This document shows, piece after piece, positions 9,915 through 19,758 of a DNA stretch of 64,000 nucleotides. A program made the translations under genes and the position numbers. This stretch comes from an uncultured Pseudomonadota bacterium (lineage in GTDB: Bacteria; Pseudomonadota; Alphaproteobacteria; Rs-D84). Every line of letters starts with the position of its first letter. The stretch's first letter is position 1. Under the pieces are notes generated by a model. The model saw nothing but the letters and a program-made list of their open reading frames with translations, was not told where the DNA came from and did no database searches. The DNA lies in the NCBI GenBank assembly GCA_902801125.1, contig CADCGT010000001.1, positions 97,101-161,100 on the forward strand. The letters are read 5' to 3'.

Positions 9915-11285
9915 ATGTCCAGATTGACGAAAATAACGGCGTCTATTGGCCCAAGTTGCGAAAGTGAAAGCATGTTGCGTCAAATGATTTTGGCGGGGGT
10001 AAATGTATGCCGCATAAATTTTAGTCATGATACCGGTGAAGTTCAGGGAAATAAAATCGATGCCTTGCGTCGCATTTCACGGGCGTTGAATATTCCGGTC
10101 GGAATTTTAATAGACCTGCAGGGCCCAAAACATCGAATTGGAAATTTTGCAACCGAAGAAAAATACCCACTTTCGGTTGGACAAACTTTTGTTTTTGATT
10201 CAGACCCGACGCCCGGTAATTCCGAACGGGTGAATTTACCCGATTCGGATGTTTTGGAATCTTTGCATGTCGGTGAACGGATATTGTTGAACGATGGTAA
10301 AATTGAAATGCGGGTTGATGATGTCGCGCCGGGGCGCGTGCGCGCAACCGTCCTGCGCGGGACCGAGATTTGGTCGCGCCGGGGATTTAACCTGCCGGAT
10401 ACAGAGATAAAAACATCGGCGTTGACCGATAAAGACCGCGCCGATTTAGAATATGCATTGACCAAAAATCCGGACTGGGTTGCGGTGTCCTTTGTGCAAC
10501 GGGCGGAAGATATTGCCGCGGTGCGCGATTTTATTACCGCGCGGACGGCGGCGCCGATTAAAATTATGGCAAAAATAGAACGCAAAAATGCGGTCGAACG
10601 AATCGCAGATATCGCCGCCGCCGCCGATGGGATTATGATTGCCCGTGGAGATTTGGCCGTTGAATTGCCATACGAACAGGTTCCGGCAATTTCGCGTCAC
10701 ATTATTCGTGAATGTCGACGATTAAATCGGCCGGTTGTTATGGCAACACAAATGTTGGGGTCTATGGTGGCAAGTGAATTCCCAACCCGTGCAGAAATAA
10801 GTGATGTTGCAAATGCGGCATATCTGCGCGTGGATTCAACGATGACATCCGAAGAAACAACAATCGGTGCAAATCCATTAAAGGTTATTGAAACCATGGA
10901 TAAAATTTTATCTTATTCGGACGCCGATTCGGTTGAACATTCGGGCGATTGGTTGCGCACAGAAAATGTTCCGGAAAACGATTGGTCGCGTTCGGTGGCA
11001 TCGATGGCGCACCTTAATCACGCATCGGCAATCGTTGTTTTTGCGCGTGATTCAGATGCCGTGACCGCCGTGTCGTGTCGACGGGTTGATATACCAATTG
11101 TCGCCGTATGTGATAATGAATTGATTGCAAACCAATTATGTTTGTTGCGTGGTGTAAAATCGGTCTATACGCCGGATTTGTTCGCATTGCGCGATTTGCG
11201 TTCAATTGCAAATATATGCGAAATCAAATCCGGCAAGGTTGTTATTGTTGACGGCGATAATGTAAGCCTGCGTGATTTAGATTAA
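9915..11285 (+). CDS. pyk: pyruvate kinase
   Basis: Pyruvate-kinase barrel and C-terminal domain motifs (ASIGP, MIARGDLAVE). Confidence 0.9.
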   Translation: MSRLTKITASIGPSCESESMLRQMILAGVNVCRINFSHDTGEVQGNKIDALRRISRALNIPVGILIDLQGPKHRIGNFATEEKYPLSVGQTFVFDSDPTPGNSERVNLPDSDVLESLHVGERILLNDGKIEMRVDDVAPGRVRATVLRGTEIWSRRGFNLPDTEIKTSALTDKDRADLEYALTKNPDWVAVSFVQRAEDIAAVRDFITARTAAPIKIMAKIERKNAVERIADIAAAADGIMIARGDLAVELPYEQVPAISRHIIRECRRLNRPVVMATQMLGSMVASEFPTRAEISDVANAAYLRVDSTMTSEETTIGANPLKVIETMDKILSYSDADSVEHSGDWLRTENVPENDWSRSVASMAHLNHASAIVVFARDSDAVTAVSCRRVDIPIVAVCDNELIANQLCLLRGVKSVYTPDLFALRDLRSIANICEIKSGKVVIVDGDNVSLRDLD

Positions 11286-11288
11286 AAA

Positions 11289-11534
11289 TTATTTTTCAAT
11301 TGGTGGGAAACAATCGCCCCCGTCGTTCGGACAGCAATTAAATCCAGCATCACCCATGTCGGTATATGTTTCACCCGGACAGCAACCATTCAAATCAGGG
11401 GCCGCATTGTCTTTGCACAGGTATTCTGCGTCACCATTCCATTCGTACCGTTGTTTGACAATATATGCGGTCGCAAAGGCCGTCACGATTGCCGTTAAAA
11501 TACATGCAATAATAATCTTGTATATCGGTTTCAT
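11289..11534 (-). CDS. small membrane-anchored Cys-rich hypothetical protein
   Basis: N-terminal TM helix followed by a C-terminal CC...CC...C pattern. No family recognised. Confidence 0.4.
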   Translation of the reverse strand: MKPIYKIIIACILTAIVTAFATAYIVKQRYEWNGDAEYLCKDNAAPDLNGCCPGETYTDMGDAGFNCCPNDGGDCFPPIEK

Positions 11535-11559
11535 TATTATGTTCCTTTGTGTTTATTTC

Positions 11560-13173
11560 TTATTCTGATATTTCCACGGAATCGATGTATTTGCGATTTA
11601 CATTTTCCAATGGTACAGGGCTGTAATCTTCGGCGGTAATTGAAAAATCATTATCGTTTTTCGGTAATACCGTAACCGGCGTTGAAACATTTTCTGGTGT
11701 TGCAATCGTATGATTTGCGCCATATGTTTTTGCGCGGTATTTCCCGGCAAAGCGTTCAGGAATCTTGATATAGTTTAATGGATTGACACCATTGCCGGTC
11801 AATGCCATTGCCTCGGCCGGACTTACATAATTCATCGTGGTGTTATATATTGGAACCATAAACGATGTTTTGGGTGATTTGATAACCGTTGTGGTGCCGT
11901 CGCCGTTCGTGCGGACAATTTGCAATGCGCGTTCGTTCGCACCGTTCGGGCGCAGGCGGAACAGACCATTTATTCCGACATAACCACTTTGATTCATAAG
12001 ATATGGCGCGACATTTTCATTCGCGCGTGCCGCGCCCAAGGCCAATATCGTTGTATCATATCCAATTGCCGCCATCCGCGATGGTTGGGTTCCGGTAGCA
12101 TTTGTATAAACATCTGAAAATTCGGCGGGAATCGGCCCCAAGTCTGCGAACACCGCGCCCGTCATTGCAACATCGGATGCAATATCGCCGTCGGCCCACA
12201 GGGGCGTGCCATAAAATCCGGCGTCACGTGTGCCAAGACCATAATAACGCATAAATGATATCATAGATTTTGTGTCGTCGGCCCCACCCATAAACAATAT
12301 TGAATCATACGGCAATGTGCCAAGTGTGTCTGTGCGATTTATGTTTTCCAATTGACGTGCAATATTGGCCCGTTCGGATGCAGACAGACTTTCTTTGTTT
12401 AAAATATCAGACAGTATTTCTTTGGCACGGGTGTTTGCCGCGTGACGCGCCGTATACATCGTTGCAGACATCGCGGCGGATTTAATAGATTCTGTGTCAC
12501 GTTCGGTATAGTAGAACACACCGGTGTTGCGCGCGTTGTATATTCCGGTCATAGATTTCGCAATGCCCGCCATTGTTTGTCCAGATGCAGTATTTGGCGC
12601 AATGATAATAAAATCTTTGCCACCACGGGCGCGCATTTCTTGAATTGCCGATTCGATTGTATTTGTCGGCAATACGGACATACTGAACACGCCATCACCA
12701 ACCGCCGACACATCCGATGTGAATGATAACGCCGGTATATCAGAAGGCTTTATATCACGCAGGATTTTCGCATTTTCGGCAAATACCGGTCCAATAATTA
12801 CACGCGGGTTTGATGCAACCGCCGAACGTATCGTTTGGGCAACATCGCCGGTGCCGGTATCATAGAAATCAACACGCGTATTCGATGTTCCGTATTGCAT
12901 GGTTGCGGCCTCAATCGCCGGACGAATCGCACGACCAACCGCACCATTTGGCCCCGATGTTGGTAATAAAACCGCGATGTTCTGGGCCGATGTATCGGTG
13001 CCGTACATACCCATGAAATCAGACCCATATTGCAATTGCGATGGGGTTGTGGCGGTTTGTTTGTCGTATTCTGAATACCACCGGTTGTTTGATGTGCCAC
13101 TGCACCCGGCCAAAATGGCCGATATGCATGCCACGCGAAGTAAAGTCTTTATAATATACATTGAAAAATCCAT
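11560..13173 (-). CDS. LppC/LpoA-family periplasmic lipoprotein (penicillin-binding protein activator-like)
   Basis: Lipobox (ILAGCSG) and periplasmic-binding-protein-like fold. Divergent from rsmI, as in the E. coli lpoA-rsmI arrangement. Confidence 0.55.
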   Translation of the reverse strand: MDFSMYIIKTLLRVACISAILAGCSGTSNNRWYSEYDKQTATTPSQLQYGSDFMGMYGTDTSAQNIAVLLPTSGPNGAVGRAIRPAIEAATMQYGTSNTRVDFYDTGTGDVAQTIRSAVASNPRVIIGPVFAENAKILRDIKPSDIPALSFTSDVSAVGDGVFSMSVLPTNTIESAIQEMRARGGKDFIIIAPNTASGQTMAGIAKSMTGIYNARNTGVFYYTERDTESIKSAAMSATMYTARHAANTRAKEILSDILNKESLSASERANIARQLENINRTDTLGTLPYDSILFMGGADDTKSMISFMRYYGLGTRDAGFYGTPLWADGDIASDVAMTGAVFADLGPIPAEFSDVYTNATGTQPSRMAAIGYDTTILALGAARANENVAPYLMNQSGYVGINGLFRLRPNGANERALQIVRTNGDGTTTVIKSPKTSFMVPIYNTTMNYVSPAEAMALTGNGVNPLNYIKIPERFAGKYRAKTYGANHTIATPENVSTPVTVLPKNDNDFSITAEDYSPVPLENVNRKYIDSVEISE

Positions 13174-13209
13174 TTTATTCTGTATTATTTTACTACAAAG
13201 GATTCAGAA

Positions 13210-14007
13210 ATGCAAACAGGGCTTTACATTGTTGGAACGCCAATCGGAAATTTATCTGATATGTCGCCACGTGCAATTGATGTTTTGAAAAATGTTGACT
13301 TGGTTGCGGCCGAAGATACACGCGTGTTTGGTAAAATTGCGTCACATTTTGATATTAAAACGCCACGTGTTTCGTGCCACGAACATAATGAACGCGCGGT
13401 CATTGGTGGACTTATAGAAAAAATTCGGGGTGGGGCATCTGTTGCGGTTGTGACCGATGCCGGAATGCCGGGGGTCAGTGACCCGGGCTTTCGAATTGTG
13501 CGGGCGGCGCGTGATGAAAAATTGCCGGTCTTTGTTGTGCCGGGGCCGACGGCGGTTATATCGGCATTGGTTTTGTCCGGGTTCCCAACAGACCGATTTA
13601 CATTTTGCGGGTTCTTTGATGAAAAAAAATTGCGCGATGATAATAAAATTCGGCATACAATTGTTTACTATGAAAGTCCGAATCGTGTGCATGCGACAAT
13701 CGCCGCAATCGCCCGTGTTATGCCCGAAAGAAAAATCGCAATCGTTCGCGAAATAACAAAAATTCACGAAGAAACTATTATTGGGTATCCGGCGGATTTA
13801 TTGAACATTGACGATGTTCGGGGCGAAGTTGTATTGGTCGTCGCGCCCGCCCCAGAACACAAAATGTCGGACGATGAAATATCGCAAATTGTAAATGATG
13901 TTGTGGCAAATTCTACCAAGGGCGCGGCCGCGGATTTGGCGGCACGAACCGGTATATCAAAAAAAGAAGCGTACAGGCGTATGTTAAACAAAACGGGGGA
14001 CAAATGA
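13210..14007 (+). CDS. rsmI: 16S rRNA (cytidine1402-2'-O)-methyltransferase
   Basis: Tetrapyrrole-methylase fold. LYIVGTPIGNLSD N-terminus. Confidence 0.9.
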   Translation: MQTGLYIVGTPIGNLSDMSPRAIDVLKNVDLVAAEDTRVFGKIASHFDIKTPRVSCHEHNERAVIGGLIEKIRGGASVAVVTDAGMPGVSDPGFRIVRAARDEKLPVFVVPGPTAVISALVLSGFPTDRFTFCGFFDEKKLRDDNKIRHTIVYYESPNRVHATIAAIARVMPERKIAIVREITKIHEETIIGYPADLLNIDDVRGEVVLVVAPAPEHKMSDDEISQIVNDVVANSTKGAAADLAARTGISKKEAYRRMLNKTGDK

Positions 14008-14558
14008 TAAAATTTGTTGGCGGTTTTGAACATGTGGCGGATTTGCCGAAAACTCAATTCCCAGAATACGCATTTGCCGGACGCAGTAATGTTGGCAAAT
14101 CGTCACTTATCAATGCGATTGTTGGCGCGCCGGTGGCGCGGACATCTAATACGCCGGGGCGGACCCAGACATTGAATATGTTTAATATTGACGACAGGAT
14201 TGTAATTGTTGATTTGCCGGGATATGGATATGCGCGCGTGTCGCGTATGGATGCCGCGCGGTGGATGATGCGATTCCAAGAATATATTACAACGCGGCGA
14301 CAAATGAAACGGCTGTTTATATTGATTGATTCGCGAATCGGACCGCGGGATTCTGATATGGAACTTATGAATTTTTGCGATTTGAACGGTATTTCATACC
14401 AGGTCGTTTATACCAAGAAAGATAAACGCCAACGCGAACCAGAGCAGGTCATACTGGACCATACGCAACACCCGGCAATGGTGGCCGATATATTGGAAAC
14501 ATCGGCCGAAAAAAAATACGGAATCGATAAGATAAGGGCGATAATTGGAATCAAATAA
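14004..14558 (+). CDS. engB: ribosome biogenesis GTP-binding protein YihA/YsxC
   Basis: G1 GRSNVGKSSLIN and G3 DLPGYGY motifs. Confidence 0.9.
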   Translation: MIKFVGGFEHVADLPKTQFPEYAFAGRSNVGKSSLINAIVGAPVARTSNTPGRTQTLNMFNIDDRIVIVDLPGYGYARVSRMDAARWMMRFQEYITTRRQMKRLFILIDSRIGPRDSDMELMNFCDLNGISYQVVYTKKDKRQREPEQVILDHTQHPAMVADILETSAEKKYGIDKIRAIIGIK

Positions 14559-17070
14559 AAATATTTTCTGTGTGTCGAACCCGGCGCGAATCATGGACGG
14601 TCTTTGGCGCGTGATGACCGAATCGGGTGTAAATATTCCCGATATTTTGATTTTTGTACCAAGTCGCCGTGCCGCGCGCAGTGTGGAAAAAATGATTGTT
14701 GAAAAATCGGGTGGGGCGGCGATTTTGCCACATATTGTGCCACTGGGTGAAGGTGTCGAAGAATTCCAAGATGAAGAAAACTATGATGATACGGTGTCGG
14801 AATTGGAACGCGTTGTCGCAACCGCGTATATGATTGCCGCGTTGCCAAATGTTCGCAATATGACCGCCGCATTGCCGATTGCGCGAACACTTGTCACCAT
14901 GCAAGATTATTTAGAAAACAGTGGTATAGATATTGCCGATATAGATTGGAAAAGTTTGGTCGATGATAAATACGCGCGACATTTTCGGGACAAGGCCGAA
15001 TTGTTAAATATAATTTCGCGCGTTTCAAATGATGTATTTTCGGGACGCGATACAGATGTAAAACGCCGGAATCACGACGCATACGCGTGGTGTGAATATG
15101 TTAAAAATATGGATGCGCAAAAATCTTTGGTCGTTGTTTGTGGGTCCACGGCAAGTGTTCCGACAACCCGTAAATTGATGTCGGTGATAAGTGGTTTGCC
15201 AAATGGTCGTATAATTCTGTCTGGGCGTATTTCCGGCAATTGCAGCGATTTTGAACTAGACACAAATCCATATAATTCGGAATATAAATTTTTGTCTGAA
15301 ATCGGTGTTGAACCCGAAACGGTGCGGGAACTGGATACGGGAAAATCACATATAGATTTTATGAATCGCGCGTTTTCCAATGTATACAGCGATTTTGGTG
15401 AATATGATTTATCAAATTGCCATTTGATAGAAGCATCGCGCGAATCGGAAGAAGCCGCCGCCGTTGCAGAGGTCACAAATCGCGCATTACAGGATAACAA
15501 AAGCGTTTTAATCATTACACCCGATGCCGCCGGGAACCAGCGTTTAATGTCTGAATTTTCGGCGCGCGGAATCGATGCGGATTTTTCGGGCGGTATAATT
15601 GGAACGGCAACACCGGCGGGCCGCGCAATTTTAAATTTGCTTGATGATTGGATTGATTCCAAGAATGGAATTTTTTCTGATTTATATGCGGAAAATGGAT
15701 ATGATTTGTTTGCAACGATTTCAGAAATTGTTGAAAAGTTTTCGGATTCCATGGTGCCACAATTTATAGTCGATGATTCTGTGTCGATTCAGGTATGGGC
15801 GCAAATAAAAAATTTGTCGGATTGTGTTGCGGGACAAAAAATTCGCGTTGATTTGAATGATGTTCGTGCGTTGATTGCGGATGCACTTGCGGGGGTGCGT
15901 GTGCGGCGGCCAATGAATGATTCGGCGCGTGTCGTTGTGTTGGGAACCATTGAATCCCGTATGCAGACGGCGGATGTTGTGATATTGACCGGCCTTAATG
16001 ACGGTATGTTTCCGGCGCGGGGATATGAAAACCCGTGGTTGCCGCGTGCCGTATCAAATAAAATTGGGTTGCCATCGCCGAATCACAAAGTATCACTTAT
16101 GGCGTTGGATTTTATGAACCTGTCGTGCGGGGCGGATGTTTATTGGACGCGCAGTAAAACATCCGGTGGGGTGCAAATGGCGGAATCGCGATTTATTTCG
16201 CGTGTGATTGTTGCGCGTGGTGCGTTTGATTCCAAGGTTGGTGCGGATGTGTTGAATACTGTGCGGGCGCGCGATAATGTTGCATCCGTCCCGTTGGATT
16301 ATTCCGACCCGGTGCCACCCGCCGATTGGTCCGATGTTTTTGTGACGGAAATTGAAAAACTTATACACAATCCGTATGCGTTCTATGTGCATCATATATT
16401 GCATTTGCGTGTGCGCCAAGATTATTGGGTGACGGCCGATCCGCGTGATTTTGGAAATATTGTACATGCGGTATTGGAAAACGCAACGGGCGAATCAAAC
16501 GAAAACGATTTGGTTTCAGAAATGGACGCACGGGCCGTCGAAAAATTGGGAAAAAACAGTTTGATTTTCTGGTTCTGGCATCGGCGTTTCATGGAAATTG
16601 CGCCGGTTGCGATTGATATGTTGCGGCGCACAGACGGCGCAAAAACAGAAATCGAAGGGCACATTAAAATCGCGGGACGCACCGTGCGCGCCCGTGCAGA
16701 CCGTGTCTGGGCCAATGGGGTGTTGGATATAAAAACCGGAACGCCACCAACAAAAACGCAACTGTTGTTGGGTAATATGCCACAATTACCACTAGAGGCA
16801 TATATGTTAAAAAATGGCGGATTTGCACCGTATAGAGCAAATATGTCTCAAATGCCGACGATTGAGTTTTTGCACCTTGGGACGGGATGTGTGGAATCGA
16901 TTCAATACGATGCAGATACGGTTGATAAAATGATAAATGCCTCGGTTGCCAAGGTGACCGAACTGTTTAATTGGTATTCGGCCGGTGGCGCGCCGTATAA
17001 ATACATGCCGACGGGCGATGTGAAATATCAAGAATACGATGACTTTGCGCGCGCCGACGAACGGGACTAG
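14545..17070 (+). CDS. AddB-like double-strand-break repair protein (PD-(D/E)XK nuclease superfamily)
   Basis: C-terminal RecB-like nuclease motif (ADRVWANGVLDIKTG). No cognate addA is adjacent. Confidence 0.55.
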   Translation: MESNKNIFCVSNPARIMDGLWRVMTESGVNIPDILIFVPSRRAARSVEKMIVEKSGGAAILPHIVPLGEGVEEFQDEENYDDTVSELERVVATAYMIAALPNVRNMTAALPIARTLVTMQDYLENSGIDIADIDWKSLVDDKYARHFRDKAELLNIISRVSNDVFSGRDTDVKRRNHDAYAWCEYVKNMDAQKSLVVVCGSTASVPTTRKLMSVISGLPNGRIILSGRISGNCSDFELDTNPYNSEYKFLSEIGVEPETVRELDTGKSHIDFMNRAFSNVYSDFGEYDLSNCHLIEASRESEEAAAVAEVTNRALQDNKSVLIITPDAAGNQRLMSEFSARGIDADFSGGIIGTATPAGRAILNLLDDWIDSKNGIFSDLYAENGYDLFATISEIVEKFSDSMVPQFIVDDSVSIQVWAQIKNLSDCVAGQKIRVDLNDVRALIADALAGVRVRRPMNDSARVVVLGTIESRMQTADVVILTGLNDGMFPARGYENPWLPRAVSNKIGLPSPNHKVSLMALDFMNLSCGADVYWTRSKTSGGVQMAESRFISRVIVARGAFDSKVGADVLNTVRARDNVASVPLDYSDPVPPADWSDVFVTEIEKLIHNPYAFYVHHILHLRVRQDYWVTADPRDFGNIVHAVLENATGESNENDLVSEMDARAVEKLGKNSLIFWFWHRRFMEIAPVAIDMLRRTDGAKTEIEGHIKIAGRTVRARADRVWANGVLDIKTGTPPTKTQLLLGNMPQLPLEAYMLKNGGFAPYRANMSQMPTIEFLHLGTGCVESIQYDADTVDKMINASVAKVTELFNWYSAGGAPYKYMPTGDVKYQEYDDFARADERD

Positions 17071-17837
17071 GCCAATTTAATCATCAAACCACAATGGTCG
17101 CTTGGTTTTGCGGCGTTGCGCGGTGCGGTGTCTATTTCGCATGCGCGAATCATTTTTGCGGCGGTTTTGTTTGCCAAGAAATAATCAAGACGCAGACCCT
17201 GGCGGTTGCCAATCGTGTCACGACCGCGATAACCGTACCATGTGTAATCCACTTCGTCGGGATGTGATTCGCGCCATGCATCAAACCATCCGGCGTCAAG
17301 CCACGATTGCATTATTTCACGGGCGGCCGGGGCAGAAATACTGGACCCCACATAGTTTTTGGGATTCCATACATCGCGGTCGGTTATCGCAACATTAAAA
17401 TCGCCACCAATTATGACCGCTTCGTCTGAATCAAGATATTGGGCGATATAGTCCGTGAATGCGCGCATCCATTCCAATTTATATTGAAATTTTGGTGATT
17501 CTATTGTATCGCCGTTCGGCATATATACGTTTATAACCCGCACGCGTCCGTCAATAACGCTTTCAAGAAAACGCGCGTTTGGGTCGGCATAGTTCGGTAT
17601 GCCAAGAATTACATCTTCGATAGAATATTTTGAAAATGTTGCGACACCATTCCAACTTTTTTGTCCGAAAACGCGAATGTTATATCCGTATTCTTCGAAC
17701 AGATTATGTGGAAATGCGGCGTTTTCAACCTTTAATTCTTGGACCAAAATTGTGTCGTATTCGCCGGATTTTAATATATCAAGAAATGATTCTATGTGCG
17801 CCCGAATTGAATTGATATTTAATGTAAGTATTTTCAT
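17067..17837 (-). CDS. xth: exodeoxyribonuclease III
   Basis: EEP-fold AP endonuclease (LNINSIRA, QELK, SDHCGLMIKL). Confidence 0.9.
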   Translation of the reverse strand: MKILTLNINSIRAHIESFLDILKSGEYDTILVQELKVENAAFPHNLFEEYGYNIRVFGQKSWNGVATFSKYSIEDVILGIPNYADPNARFLESVIDGRVRVINVYMPNGDTIESPKFQYKLEWMRAFTDYIAQYLDSDEAVIIGGDFNVAITDRDVWNPKNYVGSSISAPAAREIMQSWLDAGWFDAWRESHPDEVDYTWYGYRGRDTIGNRQGLRLDYFLANKTAAKMIRACEIDTAPRNAAKPSDHCGLMIKLA

Positions 17838-17906
17838 GTTTGCAATATTTCCTTTTATGAATATAATAGTTATAATTATTTATAAAAACAACAAGGATTT
17901 TTAGTT

Positions 17907-19487
17907 ATGAGTATGCTGGATTTTTTAAACTGTGCCGTCACAAAATGGCCGAATGAATTATACCTGGTGCGGGAAAAAGTGACTTTTGCCGGGTTTATGG
18001 ATTTGGTGCGCCGGCGTGCGGCCACATTACATAGAAACGGTGTGCGCGCGGGTGATATTGTTGGTATTTTATCGCATAATATACCGGCGTTTCCGATTAC
18101 ATTGTTTGCGGTGTGGTATTTGGGTGGAACGGTATTATTGCTTGATACAAATTTGACACCGTTTGAATACGATAATATGACCGATATAACCAAGTGTAAA
18201 TTTGTCTGTGCGGAAAAATCGTTTTTTTACAAGACTGATGCGTTTACATTCTTTGATATTACGACCGATGATGGGGATGTAAATCCGAAATTAAAACCGG
18301 CAAAATTAAAAGACCAAGATATCGCAACACTGTCGTTCACATCGGGATCAACCGGAACGCCAAAGGTTGTACCGCTTACGCACTATAATTTGACCGAATG
18401 TGCGAATTCGTTGCTTGATATGCGCGAATATTTCGAAGTTGGCGATGTCATGTATGGATTCTTGCCGATGTATCATATTTTTGGTTTTGCGGTAGAAGTT
18501 CTTGCAACATTGCAATACGGGGCGGGGGTTGTGTTGCAACCAACCGTAAACCCCAAAGAATTCTTGGCGGATTTCAAACAATATCGGCCGCATGTTATTC
18601 CGGCGGTTCCCCGTTTATTCGAGGTTTTTCGTAACAAAATCATCGACAATATTAAATCGCAACATAAATGGATGATGTTTTCATTCCTTATGAAGAACGC
18701 CGGGTGGTTAAAGAAAATTGGACTTGGTAAATTGGTGGATATGGCGCGCAAACCGGTGTTAGATGTGTTCGGGGGACGCGTAAAGTTGCTGATTGCCGGG
18801 GGGGCGGCGACAAAGCCAGAAATTGAAACATTCTTTACATCATTGGGCCTTGGGTTTATTCAAGGATTCGGTATGACGGAAACCGTTGGGCCAATCTGTA
18901 TTTCAAAACCGTGCAAGGGGCGTGTTCCGTTCGCATTTGGTGGACCGACACGGAATAATTATGTCGAAATTCGCGATAAAAATGCCGATGGGGTCGGAAT
19001 ACTCTGGGTCAAAGGCAACCAGGTGTTTAACGGTTATATGAATAATGACGAAGCAAACAAAACATCGTTTGATGACCGTGGTTTCTTTAATACCGGCGAC
19101 ATGGTGTCGATGGATAAAAACGGTGAATTGCACTTTGCCGGCCGTAAAAAACAGGTTATTGTTTTGGACAGTGGTAAAAATGTTTATCCCGATGAATTGG
19201 AGGGTTTGTTTATCACTATTCCGGGTGTTAAAAATGTCGCGGTGTTTGAACATCGTGTCAAAGACAAAACCGTTGCATACGGCGTATTTAGTGTAGAAGA
19301 TGGTATGACCATAGAAAAATTGGCGGCCGAGGTTGCACGTGTAAATAAAAAGGTTGCGTCATATAAATGGGTGACGCACTTTGCAATGACAACCGAAGAT
19401 TTGCCAATGACCAGCACACAAAAGGTTAAACATCATATCGTCCGCCAGAATCTGATAGATGGCAAATATCCGGATAGGAAAGAGTAA
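17907..19487 (+). CDS. AMP-dependent synthetase/ligase (acyl-CoA synthetase family)
   Basis: AMP-binding motif SFTSGSTGTPKVV. ANL superfamily. Confidence 0.85.
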   Translation: MSMLDFLNCAVTKWPNELYLVREKVTFAGFMDLVRRRAATLHRNGVRAGDIVGILSHNIPAFPITLFAVWYLGGTVLLLDTNLTPFEYDNMTDITKCKFVCAEKSFFYKTDAFTFFDITTDDGDVNPKLKPAKLKDQDIATLSFTSGSTGTPKVVPLTHYNLTECANSLLDMREYFEVGDVMYGFLPMYHIFGFAVEVLATLQYGAGVVLQPTVNPKEFLADFKQYRPHVIPAVPRLFEVFRNKIIDNIKSQHKWMMFSFLMKNAGWLKKIGLGKLVDMARKPVLDVFGGRVKLLIAGGAATKPEIETFFTSLGLGFIQGFGMTETVGPICISKPCKGRVPFAFGGPTRNNYVEIRDKNADGVGILWVKGNQVFNGYMNNDEANKTSFDDRGFFNTGDMVSMDKNGELHFAGRKKQVIVLDSGKNVYPDELEGLFITIPGVKNVAVFEHRVKDKTVAYGVFSVEDGMTIEKLAAEVARVNKKVASYKWVTHFAMTTEDLPMTSTQKVKHHIVRQNLIDGKYPDRKE

Positions 19488-19593
19488 AAATTAAATATAA
19501 TTATTCATCTGCGAACTTGTTGGCGCGTTTATGTAGGTCTGCTACACCGCACTTGCCAACAAATTCGCATCTAAACAATTCTCTTTAATTTTT

Positions 19594-19646
19594 GTAAGTG
19601 GATAATGTAAGTGGTTAGTAAAACAGCGCAATGCGCTGTTTTTGTT
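19594..19646 (+). repeat. TTAGTGG-family element with terminator
   Basis: gtaagtggataatgtaagtggttagtaaaac followed by hairpin cagcgcaatgcgctg and a T-run. Confidence 0.55.
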
Positions 19647-19687
19647 TGTCTGGAATAATTTTATAATAGTGAAATAATTCAAGATTC

Positions 19688-19758
19688 TACTAACCACTAA
19701 CACCCGTCGCGGCACGCCACGCCGCGGTCGTGACGGACTATCCACTAATCACTAATAT
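19688..19758 (-). repeat. TTAGTGG-hairpin element, minus-strand copy directly 3' of mnmE
   Basis: Reverse complement reads attagtgattagtggatagt-ccgtcacgaccgcggcgtggcgtgccgcgacgg-gtgttagtggttagta. This is near-identical in architecture to the 49832-49945 copy. Confidence 0.7.
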
